DNA of 64,000 bases from a virus (IMGVR_UViG_3300028800_000092:1703-65702); one strand, 5' to 3'; shown: positions 1 through 9,999, counted from the stretch's first letter. A program made the numbers and translations. Notes: generated from the sequence alone by a model not told the origin.

Positions 1-1089
1 ATCATCGGCAAGAGCGCCGAGTCAGGACGTGAAAAGTTCCAGAGCGCTTCAGTTGATCTAGTCTGGATTGACGAAGAGCCAGAAGTGGAGATATTCGACG
101 AGTGCTTTCAGAGAACAGCCGACTGCGCCGGAAAGATACTTCTTACTCTCACGCCTCTTACTGACATTGCGAGCGGCGTCAAAACGCCGTGGGTATTTGA
201 CCTGTATCAGGACTTCAAGGCTGGCAAGAAGGACCTTGAGTTTGTTCAGTTAAGTGTATTAGATAATCCATATATTCCTCCGGAAGAGAAGGACAGGCTC
301 AAAGAGAAATGGGCGGGGCACTTCGAAGAGAAAGCAAGACTGTACGGGGAGTTTGTTCAGAAGTCGGGGCTGGTTTATCCGATGTGGAAACCCAGCGTTC
401 ATATGATCGACCCGAGTCCGATACCCCGCCATGCTAAACGAATTGTATCTATTGACCCCGCCGCAACCGGAACTACAGCAGCCGTTGCTGCTGCGATCTA
501 CCCCAACGGGGATATCCATATATACGACGAATACTACGAACGAGACCTCGTCGTTAGCGAACACGCAAAGAACATGCTTACCCGGTTTGGCGACCGTAAG
601 ATTGATCTTTGGCTCATTGACCCCAAGTGGAGTTCACAGAGAAACGCCGATAACCACAAAAGTGGCCTCCAGCTCTATCGAGACGCCGGAATCCCCGTCC
701 GTCCCGCTGAAGTCGGACAAGACTACGGGATGAATGAAAGTAGGGAGTACTTGAATGCCACGAGCGCGAATGATACGCGGCATCCGAGAGTCTTTGTATT
801 CAAAACGTGCCAGAACTTTAAGTGGGAGATCGAGCACTATACCTGGGCGTTCTTTGAAAAGGGAGATCAAAAGGGACTCAGCAAAGACAAGCCAGTCAAG
901 AAGCACGACCACTTAATGAATGCTTTTCAATACCTCTGTGCCATGCAGCCCAGGGGACTACGTAACCAGGGCAAGGCCAGTATGGCCGATAAGATGCAAG
1001 AGGCTATGCGAAATAGCTATACGGTTCCGGGCCAAGGCGGGGACCGATTCCAGGACTTTAATAGAGGACAGACAACGTTTTTACGCTAA
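1..1089 (+). CDS. terL: Terminase large subunit, 5'-truncated by the window
   Basis: Frame is open from base 1 (IIGKSAESGREKFQSASVDLVWIDEEP, Walker B-like); coupling motif LTLTP; RNase H-like nuclease motifs SIDPA and HDHLMNA. Confidence 0.93.
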   Translation: MIGKSAESGREKFQSASVDLVWIDEEPEVEIFDECFQRTADCAGKILLTLTPLTDIASGVKTPWVFDLYQDFKAGKKDLEFVQLSVLDNPYIPPEEKDRLKEKWAGHFEEKARLYGEFVQKSGLVYPMWKPSVHMIDPSPIPRHAKRIVSIDPAATGTTAAVAAAIYPNGDIHIYDEYYERDLVVSEHAKNMLTRFGDRKIDLWLIDPKWSSQRNADNHKSGLQLYRDAGIPVRPAEVGQDYGMNESREYLNATSANDTRHPRVFVFKTCQNFKWEIEHYTWAFFEKGDQKGLSKDKPVKKHDHLMNAFQYLCAMQPRGLRNQGKASMADKMQEAMRNSYTVPGQGGDRFQDFNRGQTTFLR

Positions 1090-1304
1090 TGGATAAAAGC
1101 ACAGTAGAAGCATTACGCCAGTATCGCGAAGCAAAAGAGAAGTGGGACGAACAGAACCAAGGTAGTACCCAAGGACAAGGGGCTATCGGTGGTGGCTTTA
1201 TAGGCCAATGGCCTCCCCAGCAACCTTGTCCTAATTGTGGGCGCTGTCCGACCTACGGTCGTGGGGGCTATGCGCAGCCGTACTACGGACCTTATTACTA
1301 TTAA
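1089..1304 (+). CDS. Small hypothetical protein, G/Q/Y-rich with CPNCGRC
   Basis: TAATG-coupled to terL stop. Confidence 0.6.
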   Translation: MDKSTVEALRQYREAKEKWDEQNQGSTQGQGAIGGGFIGQWPPQQPCPNCGRCPTYGRGGYAQPYYGPYYY

Positions 1305-2105
1305 TTGTGTGAGGGCACAGTGGAACCAGTTAAGATAGAGGTACAGCTCGATGAGCTGCGTAAAAAGCACCTGTTCATTGCAACGCCGGCGTATAGTGGC
1401 GGGATGCACTGTTCATATGTACAGAGTTTATTGGACCTACAGCGAACGCTGTTAACATACGGTATTCCCCATACCATACAGTTCATGTTCAATGAGAGTT
1501 TAATCAGTAGGGCCCGTAATAAGTTGGCGGAGCTCTTCCTGAAGTCCGAGGCCACGCACCTTCTGTTCATTGATGCGGACATAGAGTTCGACCCGAATGA
1601 TGTGCTGCTACTTCTGCACTTCGACAAGGACCTAATCGGCGGGGCCTATCCACTTAAGACCATTAATTGGGAAGGCGTCAAGAAGGCTATCGCCAAGAAC
1701 CCGGACATTAGCGCCGCGGAGCTAGTGAACCAAGGCGCACAGTGGAGCACGCATCCATTTGAAGGCCGCATGACCATGCCGGCCGTGACGCCTATAGAGG
1801 TTCAGGAACTAGCCACCGGGTTCATGCTGATTTCCCGTAAGGTCTTCGAGACCCTGAAGCCGCATGTACCGACCTATACCCCGCCCTCGAACGATGCGCA
1901 TTACCCGAATCCGGCGCATGACTACTTCTTCGTAGGGGTATGCAACGACCGGTACGAGAGCGAGGACTACAGTTTCTGCCGTCGTTGGCGCGAACTTGAC
2001 GGTCAAGTATGGCTCTGCCCCTGGATTAAGCTGAACCACTTCGGTTCATATGGCTTCCGGGGCGATATGATTTCTCTAGCGAATAACCTGGGCGAGATTA
2101 GCTAG
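1305..2105 (+). CDS. GT-A fold (GT2-like) glycosyltransferase
   Basis: LFIATPAY, SLISRARN, THLLFIDAD (DxD), TGFMLI, SEDYSFC motifs; start may be GTG at 1320. Confidence 0.82.
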   Translation: MCEGTVEPVKIEVQLDELRKKHLFIATPAYSGGMHCSYVQSLLDLQRTLLTYGIPHTIQFMFNESLISRARNKLAELFLKSEATHLLFIDADIEFDPNDVLLLLHFDKDLIGGAYPLKTINWEGVKKAIAKNPDISAAELVNQGAQWSTHPFEGRMTMPAVTPIEVQELATGFMLISRKVFETLKPHVPTYTPPSNDAHYPNPAHDYFFVGVCNDRYESEDYSFCRRWRELDGQVWLCPWIKLNHFGSYGFRGDMISLANNLGEIS

Positions 2106-2145
2106 GAACCTGTAATACAAATAACAAGAAAGAAAGGTAAACACC

Positions 2146-2493
2146 TTGAGTATCAATGCTGTAAATATTACCTATACTACTAGCGCCCCGGTTGCCGGCG
2201 GCTCTACTATTCTCGCCTTCGGCGGGAGCTCGCTCCTGGAGTTCTCGTACGTAGGTACCGCTACAGTCACCGGTGACGGTTCGACCACTAGCGCAACTAT
2301 TAACTTGATTGATGGCACGAACGTGCTGCCCTGGGTTCCGACTGGCCTCATCCTCCAACGAACCGGCGGCAACGCTGCGAACTCCATTGTGAGCTACGTG
2401 AGTTCCGTGACCAACGCCGCCGCGACCGTGACCTTTAGCGCCGCGCCCGGTAACAACGCTTCAGTGAACTATCTCGTACTCGTGCTTAAGTAA
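2146..2493 (+). CDS. Putative minor virion beta-rich protein
   Basis: T/S/A/V/G-rich; AAGG-type RBS; late operon. Confidence 0.6.
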   Translation: MSINAVNITYTTSAPVAGGSTILAFGGSSLLEFSYVGTATVTGDGSTTSATINLIDGTNVLPWVPTGLILQRTGGNAANSIVSYVSSVTNAAATVTFSAAPGNNASVNYLVLVLK

Positions 2494-2512
2494 GAAGTAA
2501 GGGGGCAAACCT

Positions 2513-2716
2513 ATGGAGAACAGTTGTCATGGCGAGCATCGGCTCTTCGTCGCGGAAGTAATCGGCGTCGAGTCCGAAGGCAAGGTGACCGTAGTGCTGG
2601 TCTGTACAGCCTGTGGTAGAGTCCAGTTCACCGATCATCAGGTCGCCACTCCAGGTTCAAGTCTCAGGCTACTTAGACAAGAAAGAGAGATACCCAATGG
2701 CCCTCTTCAAGGGTGA
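2513..2716 (+). CDS. Small Zn-ribbon-like protein
   Basis: CHGEH ... CTACG. Confidence 0.55.
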   Translation: MENSCHGEHRLFVAEVIGVESEGKVTVVLVCTACGRVQFTDHQVATPGSSLRLLRQEREIPNGPLQG

Positions 2717-3365
2717 AGCACTACCTGAAGTAAAAGATATTTCATTTAGCAGGCGTACTGCGCCGACTGTCTCGAACCCGAACGCTATCGTTTGGCTCGA
2801 CCAGGTGCAGGGTTCCCTGCTCGGCGTAGTCGCCCAGACAAACGTAGCGCCGGAGCTCCTGTGCTACCAGAACACTACTCCAGTTAACTGTACAAATACC
2901 GCTAACGTGACTACATTAATGACCGCGCCTATTAACATTAATTTAGTTAATGCCGTAGGTAAGGTCCTGAAGGTTCATGCGGCGGGATACTACAATACCG
3001 GTACGCCGACTGGCGGTCCTACTGCGCTGACGTTTGTCGTGGCTATGGGCGGTACGAACGTACTTTCGTATACGACTGCGGCTACTACGAACTCAGCGAC
3101 TACGATGCCCTGGCAGATTAATGGAACTGTGGACGTTGTGAACAACGGTGTTAATGCTAATGTAGAAGCCCATGCGGCCTTGGCCATTACGCTCGGCACC
3201 AATGCGAACGCTGCCACGACTACGTACCTCGACAGCAATAACGCCGTCGTAGGAACCATTAACTTGCAGGCTAACGCAAATGTAGCGCTCATTGTCTCGC
3301 AGGCACATACGGACGCCACCACGTCCATTGTCCAGCGCATCATGACTGTAACGGTAGCAAACTAA
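2697..3365 (+). CDS. Putative virion structural protein
   Basis: T/N/A/V-rich beta-type sequence; ATG at 2697 preferred over 2613. Confidence 0.6.
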   Translation: MALFKGEALPEVKDISFSRRTAPTVSNPNAIVWLDQVQGSLLGVVAQTNVAPELLCYQNTTPVNCTNTANVTTLMTAPININLVNAVGKVLKVHAAGYYNTGTPTGGPTALTFVVAMGGTNVLSYTTAATTNSATTMPWQINGTVDVVNNGVNANVEAHAALAITLGTNANAATTTYLDSNNAVVGTINLQANANVALIVSQAHTDATTSIVQRIMTVTVAN

Positions 3366-3366
3366 T

Positions 3367-3648
3367 ATGAGCGACTACAAAATAATGAACCCCGGCAAGC
3401 CGGATGAAAACACTCCTGCGAACCCGTGCACTGAAGTTCCTGGAACCCAGTGGCGGGTCGGAACGGTAGAACCTGACCGTTCCGTGCAGGAGGTCTGTTT
3501 TCACGACGAGGGGCAGCACGATGAGATCACGACCATCGACTGCTCCCGGTACGGAAGCGATTATGAACCGAGGCCCCTGTTGCCTCGGCGAAGCGATATG
3601 CCCCCTGTGGGACCGTACCCTAGCCCCAGTCGTCCGGGAAGTAAGTAA
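3367..3648 (+). CDS. Hypothetical Pro-rich protein
   Basis: Fills operon gap, starts 1 nt after upstream stop. Confidence 0.55.
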   Translation: MSDYKIMNPGKPDENTPANPCTEVPGTQWRVGTVEPDRSVQEVCFHDEGQHDEITTIDCSRYGSDYEPRPLLPRRSDMPPVGPYPSPSRPGSK

Positions 3649-3657
3649 CAATGGAGG

Positions 3658-4029
3658 GTGACCATGATTGCAGGCGTGGCTCTGACCCTTCTGTTGACCG
3701 CGTTCGATGGGTACATAAGCTATAGGCGGATAAAGGCCTACGGGAAACTAGCGGAAGTTAATATGCTAGTCCGGCAGGTAATTACAGACTTCGGTCTGGC
3801 CGCGGGGCTCACAGTTGGAGCCCTATATAACTTATGTATCCTCGGAGCATTACTGTACTTTAAGCTCCCGAGCGCCATCTGGTTCTGGTGCGGAACCAAG
3901 TTCGGGCTCTGCTTGATGCAATTAAAGAGTATGCAAATGGAGTCATTTGTAGAGAGGGTGCTCGCTGCTGCAAAGCAGCGGCAAGCTAACAAGGTTACTG
4001 GCCCGATGGTGTCGCCCTCCACCCAGTAA
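3658..4029 (+). CDS. Membrane protein, about 3 TM segments
   Basis: Hydrophobic segments, D..S...I..G..E.N pattern reminiscent of DUF5658; GGAGG before start. Confidence 0.6.
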   Translation: MTMIAGVALTLLLTAFDGYISYRRIKAYGKLAEVNMLVRQVITDFGLAAGLTVGALYNLCILGALLYFKLPSAIWFWCGTKFGLCLMQLKSMQMESFVERVLAAAKQRQANKVTGPMVSPSTQ

Positions 4030-4081
4030 CTAGTCAGTGTAGTACACTAAGGCTAGTTACTAAGGGCCAGTACAAGTTCAT

Positions 4082-4375
4082 ATGGATACATTACAAGAAG
4101 TTCTAGGGAAAGTCGCCTCCGGCGAGACGCCGCTTTATTGCGCGAAGCACTTTTATACCCCGAGCCGGGTCTCTAACCCCACTAAAGGTTGTAGCGATTG
4201 TTGGCGGGTCTTCTATTGGACCCTATATGCCAAGACCCCCCCGGACGACCGCGAGGACTTCGTAGAGGGCATGGATATGGTAGTTCATAAAATGCTCGAA
4301 CATGAACGTACCGGGACCTGGGATTTCAAGCCCGAATTAAATATAGAAAGTATAGAGCTCGAAAATGGCAACTAG
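4082..4375 (+). CDS. Hypothetical protein with CxxH/CxxC
   Basis: CAKH ... CSDC. Confidence 0.55.
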   Translation: MDTLQEVLGKVASGETPLYCAKHFYTPSRVSNPTKGCSDCWRVFYWTLYAKTPPDDREDFVEGMDMVVHKMLEHERTGTWDFKPELNIESIELENGN

Positions 4376-4712
4376 TATCTTTAAATTAACCCCCAGCGCA
4401 CCCGTAAAGGCCCTCGACGCTGCTTCGGGTAATAGCGTACTTAGTAGTATTTTCACCTGCCCGAAGTCCGTAGCCGGTAGTCCGTATACAATTACATGGC
4501 AAATTACCGCCACGGGTTCTCCAATGTCCGTGAGCACTAGCCTATTGGCTAGTCTCGATGGCGTTAATTTCGAGGAAGTGGACTCCAGTACTACAGAGGA
4601 GATTCGAGTGCTTGCGGCCTTTCCGGCCGCGTTCTATCAGATTGAACTTGATTCGATTACCGGTGGGACGATGCCTACAGTTACCGTATGGCTTATGGTT
4701 ACAAATATTTAA
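4365..4712 (+). CDS. Putative virion beta-sandwich protein
   Basis: ASLDGVNF motif typical of small jelly-roll virion proteins. Confidence 0.55.
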   Translation: MATSIFKLTPSAPVKALDAASGNSVLSSIFTCPKSVAGSPYTITWQITATGSPMSVSTSLLASLDGVNFEEVDSSTTEEIRVLAAFPAAFYQIELDSITGGTMPTVTVWLMVTNI

Positions 4713-4727
4713 AGGAGATTACATTAA

Positions 4728-4952
4728 ATGTCTGGACTTCTCGGAGCAGTAAACGATCAGGTTGCGCTTTGTGGGACCGATTCAGGAGTAACTGTAGAGG
4801 CTGCAGCGGACCTACTTGGCTATGTGGCACAGAACTACGGGTCCGATGAGGCCCTAATTGGCAAGGCCGCGGACGTAAACACTAAGGTCAATACAGTAGA
4901 CCAGGACCTGGCGCTCTTGACCACTGATGTAGCGCTTCCCCCTAAGCCGTAA
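4728..4952 (+). CDS. Hypothetical protein
   Basis: AAGGAG RBS; precedes portal. Confidence 0.6.
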   Translation: MSGLLGAVNDQVALCGTDSGVTVEAAADLLGYVAQNYGSDEALIGKAADVNTKVNTVDQDLALLTTDVALPPKP

Positions 4953-4976
4953 ATGTAGTAGAGGGCACACTTTTAA

Positions 4977-7052
4977 ATGTTAGATCAAATGACAACTAAT
5001 GCCGGGAAGCCGTCGGGGATGACCCCTGACAACCCGGTACTGAATAAGGTCATCGACGCGCTGCGGCGTATGCGGTACTTTAGGCGTCAGTACGACCAGC
5101 GACGCGCGTACTTTTACCGGCAGTATCTGGGTCAACGCGACCAGCGGTACTTCCCGGATAATGTAACGCCTAGGGCAAATACGTTTGTTCCGTACCCGCT
5201 TAGTAACGTAGAGACTACGGTTTCTCGTGTTGATGACGCGTTCTTTTCGTTCGACCCCTGGTTCGAATGCAAGCCCCGCTCGGCTATGGACGACCCTGCC
5301 GCTGAGAACATGGGGCTCGTTTTGCATGATAGGTTAAAGAAGGCCGGCTTCAAGGGGATGTTCGAGGCGCTCGTACGTAACATTAATATATACGGCCACT
5401 CGGGGATGAAGGTAGACTGGGACTGGGACTACGACATTGTTACCTATGCGCAACCGCAGTTTGCGATAGGCCCTGACGGGCAGCCGCTAATGCAGCCGCA
5501 GATGACACCTCAAGGGCTACAGATGGCACCGGTGATTACGGGGTATCTGCCTGCCCAGAAGAAGGTGCCACGCAATCGGCCGAAGTTTATACCTATAGAT
5601 GTATATGATCTATTAATTGACCCTGACGGTGGTATCATCGCGCACTTGACAGAGAAGACCCTGGGGCAAATAATGCGCGAGCAGGAGAACAGTACCCAAG
5701 CGGCAATGGAGGACCCGAGCGGAGCCAAGCAACCGCTCTACCTAGACGAGGGCCTACAGCAGCTAGTTCAGAGAGTCCAGACGGCCGAGCCCAAGGACCC
5801 GATGAATGTAGTGATAAGGCTGGCTGAGGTCTGGGACGACTATGCGCAGACGCAGACGATCTTAACGTTCGGAGAAGACAGTGAAGCAATTTCGTGGAAG
5901 GACCTTCGCGCCAGTTATCGCGCGACCAGTTATTCCCCGTTCAAACGTAAGGTATACGCCGGGGAGGCTATCCTCCTTTATCACGGCCGTAATCCTTTCG
6001 CTCATGGACGAAACCCTATTCTCCACACTTCCTTTATAAAGATTCCAAATGAAATCTACGGCCTAGGAAACATTGAACTTATCTCCGACTTGACTGAAGC
6101 CTACAATAGCTTCACGAACATGATTTCGGATAACTGGAACCTGGGTATTAACCGGCGCTATGCGTACGACATGAGCATGGACATTGACCATGATTCATTG
6201 AATAACTTTAATACGCCGGGTGGCAAGGTCGCTGTGAACGGTGACCCGACCAAGACGATTTTCCCGTTGCCGTTCTTTACCCCGCAGGCGGGCGACTATA
6301 CGATACTTGAAGTCTACAAGGGCATGATTGAAATGACTTCGGGGATATCTGACTTCTATGCCAAGGGTATAGGGAGTCCAACCAATAACAAGACCAGTAC
6401 CGGCATTAGTTCAGTTATCAATGAAAGTAACTACAGGTTCAAGCTGTTCATTAGGAACCTGGAACTAGATGTCCTTCAGCCTCTCTTGGTCATGTGCGCT
6501 AGCATGATTCAGCAGTATGTGGCCGACCCGATAGAGGTTCAGATTACAGGGAACCAACCGGCGATTCCCAAGTTCACTCAGTTGAGTCCCGAGGACTTGA
6601 TTGGTACCTTTGAGTTCGAGCTCGTCGCCGCTAACTATGCAAGTAACAAGGTAGTGCGGCAGAGAACGCTCTTGGAGTTCGTCCAGCTCATGGGCCAGAG
6701 CCCCTACATTAACCAGTATGAGGGCATCAAGGAACTCGCGAAGGTATTCGAAATCCGGAACATTAATAGACTCCTGTACACGCAGGAGCAGGTCCAGCAA
6801 ATGCAACAGGCCCAGCAGGCCCAGCAAATCGAAATGATGATCTTTGAGCATATGCTGAACACCGAAGGTAAAGCGCGCTTGACTCAGAGCAAACCGATGC
6901 CGACTGGTGGGGGCCAAGGTAAAGGCGGCGGACCCAAGACGTACAAGGTTCAGCCGATATCTGGAGCTGGCCTTGAGGGACACATCCGTGAATTCGCACA
7001 AGCACACGGGGCCCGAGCAATGGGCCTCGATAAACTAGCAGATGAGGGCTAA
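4977..7052 (+). CDS. Portal protein (P22/N4-like podovirus type)
   Basis: 691 aa; YGLGNIELISDL, IEMTSGISD..KG, KTSTGIS motifs; Q-rich C-terminal segment; position before scaffold and capsid. Confidence 0.88.
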   Translation: MLDQMTTNAGKPSGMTPDNPVLNKVIDALRRMRYFRRQYDQRRAYFYRQYLGQRDQRYFPDNVTPRANTFVPYPLSNVETTVSRVDDAFFSFDPWFECKPRSAMDDPAAENMGLVLHDRLKKAGFKGMFEALVRNINIYGHSGMKVDWDWDYDIVTYAQPQFAIGPDGQPLMQPQMTPQGLQMAPVITGYLPAQKKVPRNRPKFIPIDVYDLLIDPDGGIIAHLTEKTLGQIMREQENSTQAAMEDPSGAKQPLYLDEGLQQLVQRVQTAEPKDPMNVVIRLAEVWDDYAQTQTILTFGEDSEAISWKDLRASYRATSYSPFKRKVYAGEAILLYHGRNPFAHGRNPILHTSFIKIPNEIYGLGNIELISDLTEAYNSFTNMISDNWNLGINRRYAYDMSMDIDHDSLNNFNTPGGKVAVNGDPTKTIFPLPFFTPQAGDYTILEVYKGMIEMTSGISDFYAKGIGSPTNNKTSTGISSVINESNYRFKLFIRNLELDVLQPLLVMCASMIQQYVADPIEVQITGNQPAIPKFTQLSPEDLIGTFEFELVAANYASNKVVRQRTLLEFVQLMGQSPYINQYEGIKELAKVFEIRNINRLLYTQEQVQQMQQAQQAQQIEMMIFEHMLNTEGKARLTQSKPMPTGGGQGKGGGPKTYKVQPISGAGLEGHIREFAQAHGARAMGLDKLADEG

Positions 7053-7397
7053 ATGAATAACGTGATTGAAGTTAGCGGTTCTCCGACTCCACTACCTGAA
7101 TTGACCCCGGACTTGAAGGACTCCCTTCGGAGCCTACAGTTTCATCCGGGATTTGTGTATCTCTTGACCCGGTTGCGCCTAGAGCGCGCACAACTTCGCA
7201 AATGCCTAGAGCAGGGGTATCAGCTAGAGCACGGGGCGCTACGTCATCTCCAGGCCGGGGTACATTATACCGGTTACATTGAGGACACTCTGCTGTCCCT
7301 GACCGCTACCCCCGCTCCTCCGAAGCGCGACGCTACACTGAATGAACTCGAACTCTTCAATAAGGTACGTGAAAACCTTGAACTCGTCGGAGCGTAA
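7053..7397 (+). CDS. Portal-adjacent small helical protein
   Basis: Abuts portal stop; HPGF..L and LQAG pattern common in this slot. Confidence 0.6.
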   Translation: MNNVIEVSGSPTPLPELTPDLKDSLRSLQFHPGFVYLLTRLRLERAQLRKCLEQGYQLEHGALRHLQAGVHYTGYIEDTLLSLTATPAPPKRDATLNELELFNKVRENLELVGA

Positions 7398-8019
7398 TTT
7401 AATATTCGTCGTCAGGCACGGCGAGACGGACCTTAATGCGAAGGGCGCTTTCCGCGGGAAGAGTAATGTCCCCCTGAACGCCAAGGGTCTTGAGCAAGCG
7501 CACGAAGTCGCCGAGAAGCTAGTCACGTTAGCGTCTCACGCCCCGTTCGCCGAGGCTATAGCCTCTGACCGCAAGCGGGCCACCGAGACGGCCGAGATCG
7601 TTTGTGAAGCTCTCGATATGCCGTACGACGTTACATCTAAGCTCCGCGCCTGGGATGTAGGAACCTTTTCCGGAAAGCCAAAGAATGCCGAAAACAGAAA
7701 ACTACTTCAGCAGTTCATTGACCATCCCGATAGACCCATCCCTATGGGAGAATCCCTTAATGCCTTTAAGGCTAGAGTCCGTCCAGTCATTAGAGAGAGC
7801 CTACGCACCGCAAGCCTGGCCGGCCAGCCCGTACTTATCATCGCCCACTCCAGTATCGTCCACGAAGTCGGAAGCATGTTTCACGGAGACGATGGAGCGG
7901 TTCTAGTTGAACCGGGCGGGATAGCCCTAGTTTTCCGAGGCCCTGACAACAAGGTCTCAGCGCGGGCTCTGTTCCGCGCGAAGCAGCCGACCCCTGATCG
8001 GGCCGACACCATTTCGTAA
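7342..8019 (+). CDS. Histidine phosphatase (phosphoglycerate mutase family)
   Basis: VRHGET, PLNAKGLEQA, SDRKRATETA, GES, IIAHS motifs; exact start uncertain. Confidence 0.9.
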   Translation: MNSNSSIRYVKTLNSSERNLIFVVRHGETDLNAKGAFRGKSNVPLNAKGLEQAHEVAEKLVTLASHAPFAEAIASDRKRATETAEIVCEALDMPYDVTSKLRAWDVGTFSGKPKNAENRKLLQQFIDHPDRPIPMGESLNAFKARVRPVIRESLRTASLAGQPVLIIAHSSIVHEVGSMFHGDDGAVLVEPGGIALVFRGPDNKVSARALFRAKQPTPDRADTIS

Positions 8020-8061
8020 CACCCCTACACAATAGGGTATTTCCACACAATGGAGCAATGA

Positions 8062-8931
8062 ATGCCACAACCATACGCAGGCGGCCAGGCACTAGATATG
8101 TCTGATGCCCCCGGTGGTGACTTCTCCCTCGATGATCTGTTTCCGCCCGAGGGACCTGACACTTCGCCACAAGCACAAGCGGAACCCGCAGCCCCTAGTC
8201 CTGAGCCACAAGCCCAGCCCGTTCCTGTAGAGGAGGAGTTCTTTCTTAAGACCCCCACCGGTACAGTGTACAAGACCAAGGAGGATGCAATTAAAGGTAT
8301 TGCACATAAGGATACCTTAATCGCCGAATACAACCGAAACAAACCTGTAGCCACTCCTACTCCGACCCCCGCAGGACCGATCAATTACGCTCAGGACCCT
8401 AACAAGTTCTGGGACGATATGGCCGACGCTCAGACTAAAGGAGACAAGCTCGCGTTCGCGCGGACCCTCCAGCAGTTCATGAGCGACAATTTTGCGCCTT
8501 ATGTACCCGCCGTACAATACGGTGTCGTACAGAAAGCGTTCGAAACTGTGTCCAACGAGCTTCCGGACTTCCGGACCTTCCATGCTTCAGAGGACTACAA
8601 GAACTCTGTCGAAGCATCCCCGGTCTTGAAGCAAGCCATTGAAATGGCGGAGAATAATGTACAGGCCTCTGGTCAATTACCGGAGCTGTACAAACTCGCC
8701 TACATGCTCAACCTCGGTCGTAAGTCGGCTGAAGTCGCGCGGACGGCCCAAGCGCCAGTTCGCGAACCCCAAGCCGTTAGACCCACTACTACTCCGGGCA
8801 CTATGTCCCGAGAACCTATAGCCAACGCAGGCGCACCCGACATCACCACAAGTGAAGGCCGAAAGGCGATCATCGAGCGCGCGAAGCAGGCTGGTCTCAT
8901 GGACCAGACCTGGAGTAAACTAGGTTTCTAA
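8062..8931 (+). CDS. Capsid scaffolding protein
   Basis: Acidic Pro-rich N-terminus, YKTKEDAIKG, helical core, directly before capsid. Confidence 0.7.
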   Translation: MPQPYAGGQALDMSDAPGGDFSLDDLFPPEGPDTSPQAQAEPAAPSPEPQAQPVPVEEEFFLKTPTGTVYKTKEDAIKGIAHKDTLIAEYNRNKPVATPTPTPAGPINYAQDPNKFWDDMADAQTKGDKLAFARTLQQFMSDNFAPYVPAVQYGVVQKAFETVSNELPDFRTFHASEDYKNSVEASPVLKQAIEMAENNVQASGQLPELYKLAYMLNLGRKSAEVARTAQAPVREPQAVRPTTTPGTMSREPIANAGAPDITTSEGRKAIIERAKQAGLMDQTWSKLGF

Positions 8932-8961
8932 ATGCTTGGTATCTCACTTAAAGGAACTGTA

Positions 8962-9975
8962 ATGTTCTCCAAATTTGTTGATTTGCTCATTACTGTCCTC
9001 GGGTGGGGTGCCGATGTTGTAACTGTGACGACTGGTTCCGCCGGTAACGCCGGTTCCACCGCCGCCGAACTGATTACGTATATGTCAGCTCGTCTGCTCG
9101 AAGTCGCTGAGTTCAACACCATCTTGGACCAGTTCGGTGATAAGCACCCGCTGCCGTCCAACTCTTCGAAGACTATCCGCTTTGTCCGTGAAGAGAAACT
9201 TACCGTGGCATCCACTCCGACGCAGTTGACCGAAGGCATTCCTCCGGACGCTGTAGGACTTACCCTCAACCAGTTCGAAGCTACGACCGAACAGTACGGC
9301 TCTGTTGTGCGCCTGTCTGATTTGGCCGAGATCACCGCTCGCCATAACATCATCGAACGTACGATTATGATTCTTGGCTTGCAGGCTGCGGAAACGTACG
9401 ATCAGATCGTGTTTAACGTTCTGAACGCCGCGACCACGAACTATTACCCGAATAACAAAGTGTCCGATGCGACCATCACGCCCGCAGACAAGGTCTCGTA
9501 CCTTGACCTGATTGAGCTGGATGCGAAGCTTCAGGGCAAAGGTGGACGGCCTTTTGAAGGTGGGGAGTATGTATTTGTGAACGCCCCGCAGGTGTTTGCT
9601 AGCTTGCTGGCGGACCCCGACTTTAAGACCAGTAACCAGTTCCGCGCGCCTGAGAAGATTTGGCGTGGCGAGGTTGGTACCCTGGGTGGCTTCCGTGTTA
9701 TTCGTACCAACAGCCCGGCGTTTGCCGCGACTGCGCAGGTCAGCCCTGCGGGTTCGGCCAGCAAGGTGTATAGCTCGTATGCTATTGCCCGCTTTGCCTA
9801 CCAGATCAGCGACTTGCAGAACCTGCGGGTTTATGTAGTTGCTCCTGGCGGTCAGATCGACCCCTTGCAGCAGAGCCGTAAGATCGGCTGGAAGTTCGCT
9901 TTCAAGTCGATTATCACTAACCAGGACTGGATTATCCGCGTTCGTAGCGCTGGTAACGACAGCACTGCCAACTAA
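8962..9975 (+). CDS. Major capsid protein (N4-gp56-like)
   Basis: QFGDKHPLP..SKTIRF, LTEG, QYG....SD, GEVGTLGG.R, DPLQQ...GWK motifs; AAGGA RBS. Confidence 0.9.
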   Translation: MFSKFVDLLITVLGWGADVVTVTTGSAGNAGSTAAELITYMSARLLEVAEFNTILDQFGDKHPLPSNSSKTIRFVREEKLTVASTPTQLTEGIPPDAVGLTLNQFEATTEQYGSVVRLSDLAEITARHNIIERTIMILGLQAAETYDQIVFNVLNAATTNYYPNNKVSDATITPADKVSYLDLIELDAKLQGKGGRPFEGGEYVFVNAPQVFASLLADPDFKTSNQFRAPEKIWRGEVGTLGGFRVIRTNSPAFAATAQVSPAGSASKVYSSYAIARFAYQISDLQNLRVYVVAPGGQIDPLQQSRKIGWKFAFKSIITNQDWIIRVRSAGNDSTAN

Positions 9976-9999
9976 TTCCCCTAAGAAAGGAGAATTCCT

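Noticed and set aside
6465-7007. 180-aa minus-strand ORF and similar antisense ORFs in the late operon
   Set aside because: Shadows of well-supported + strand genes
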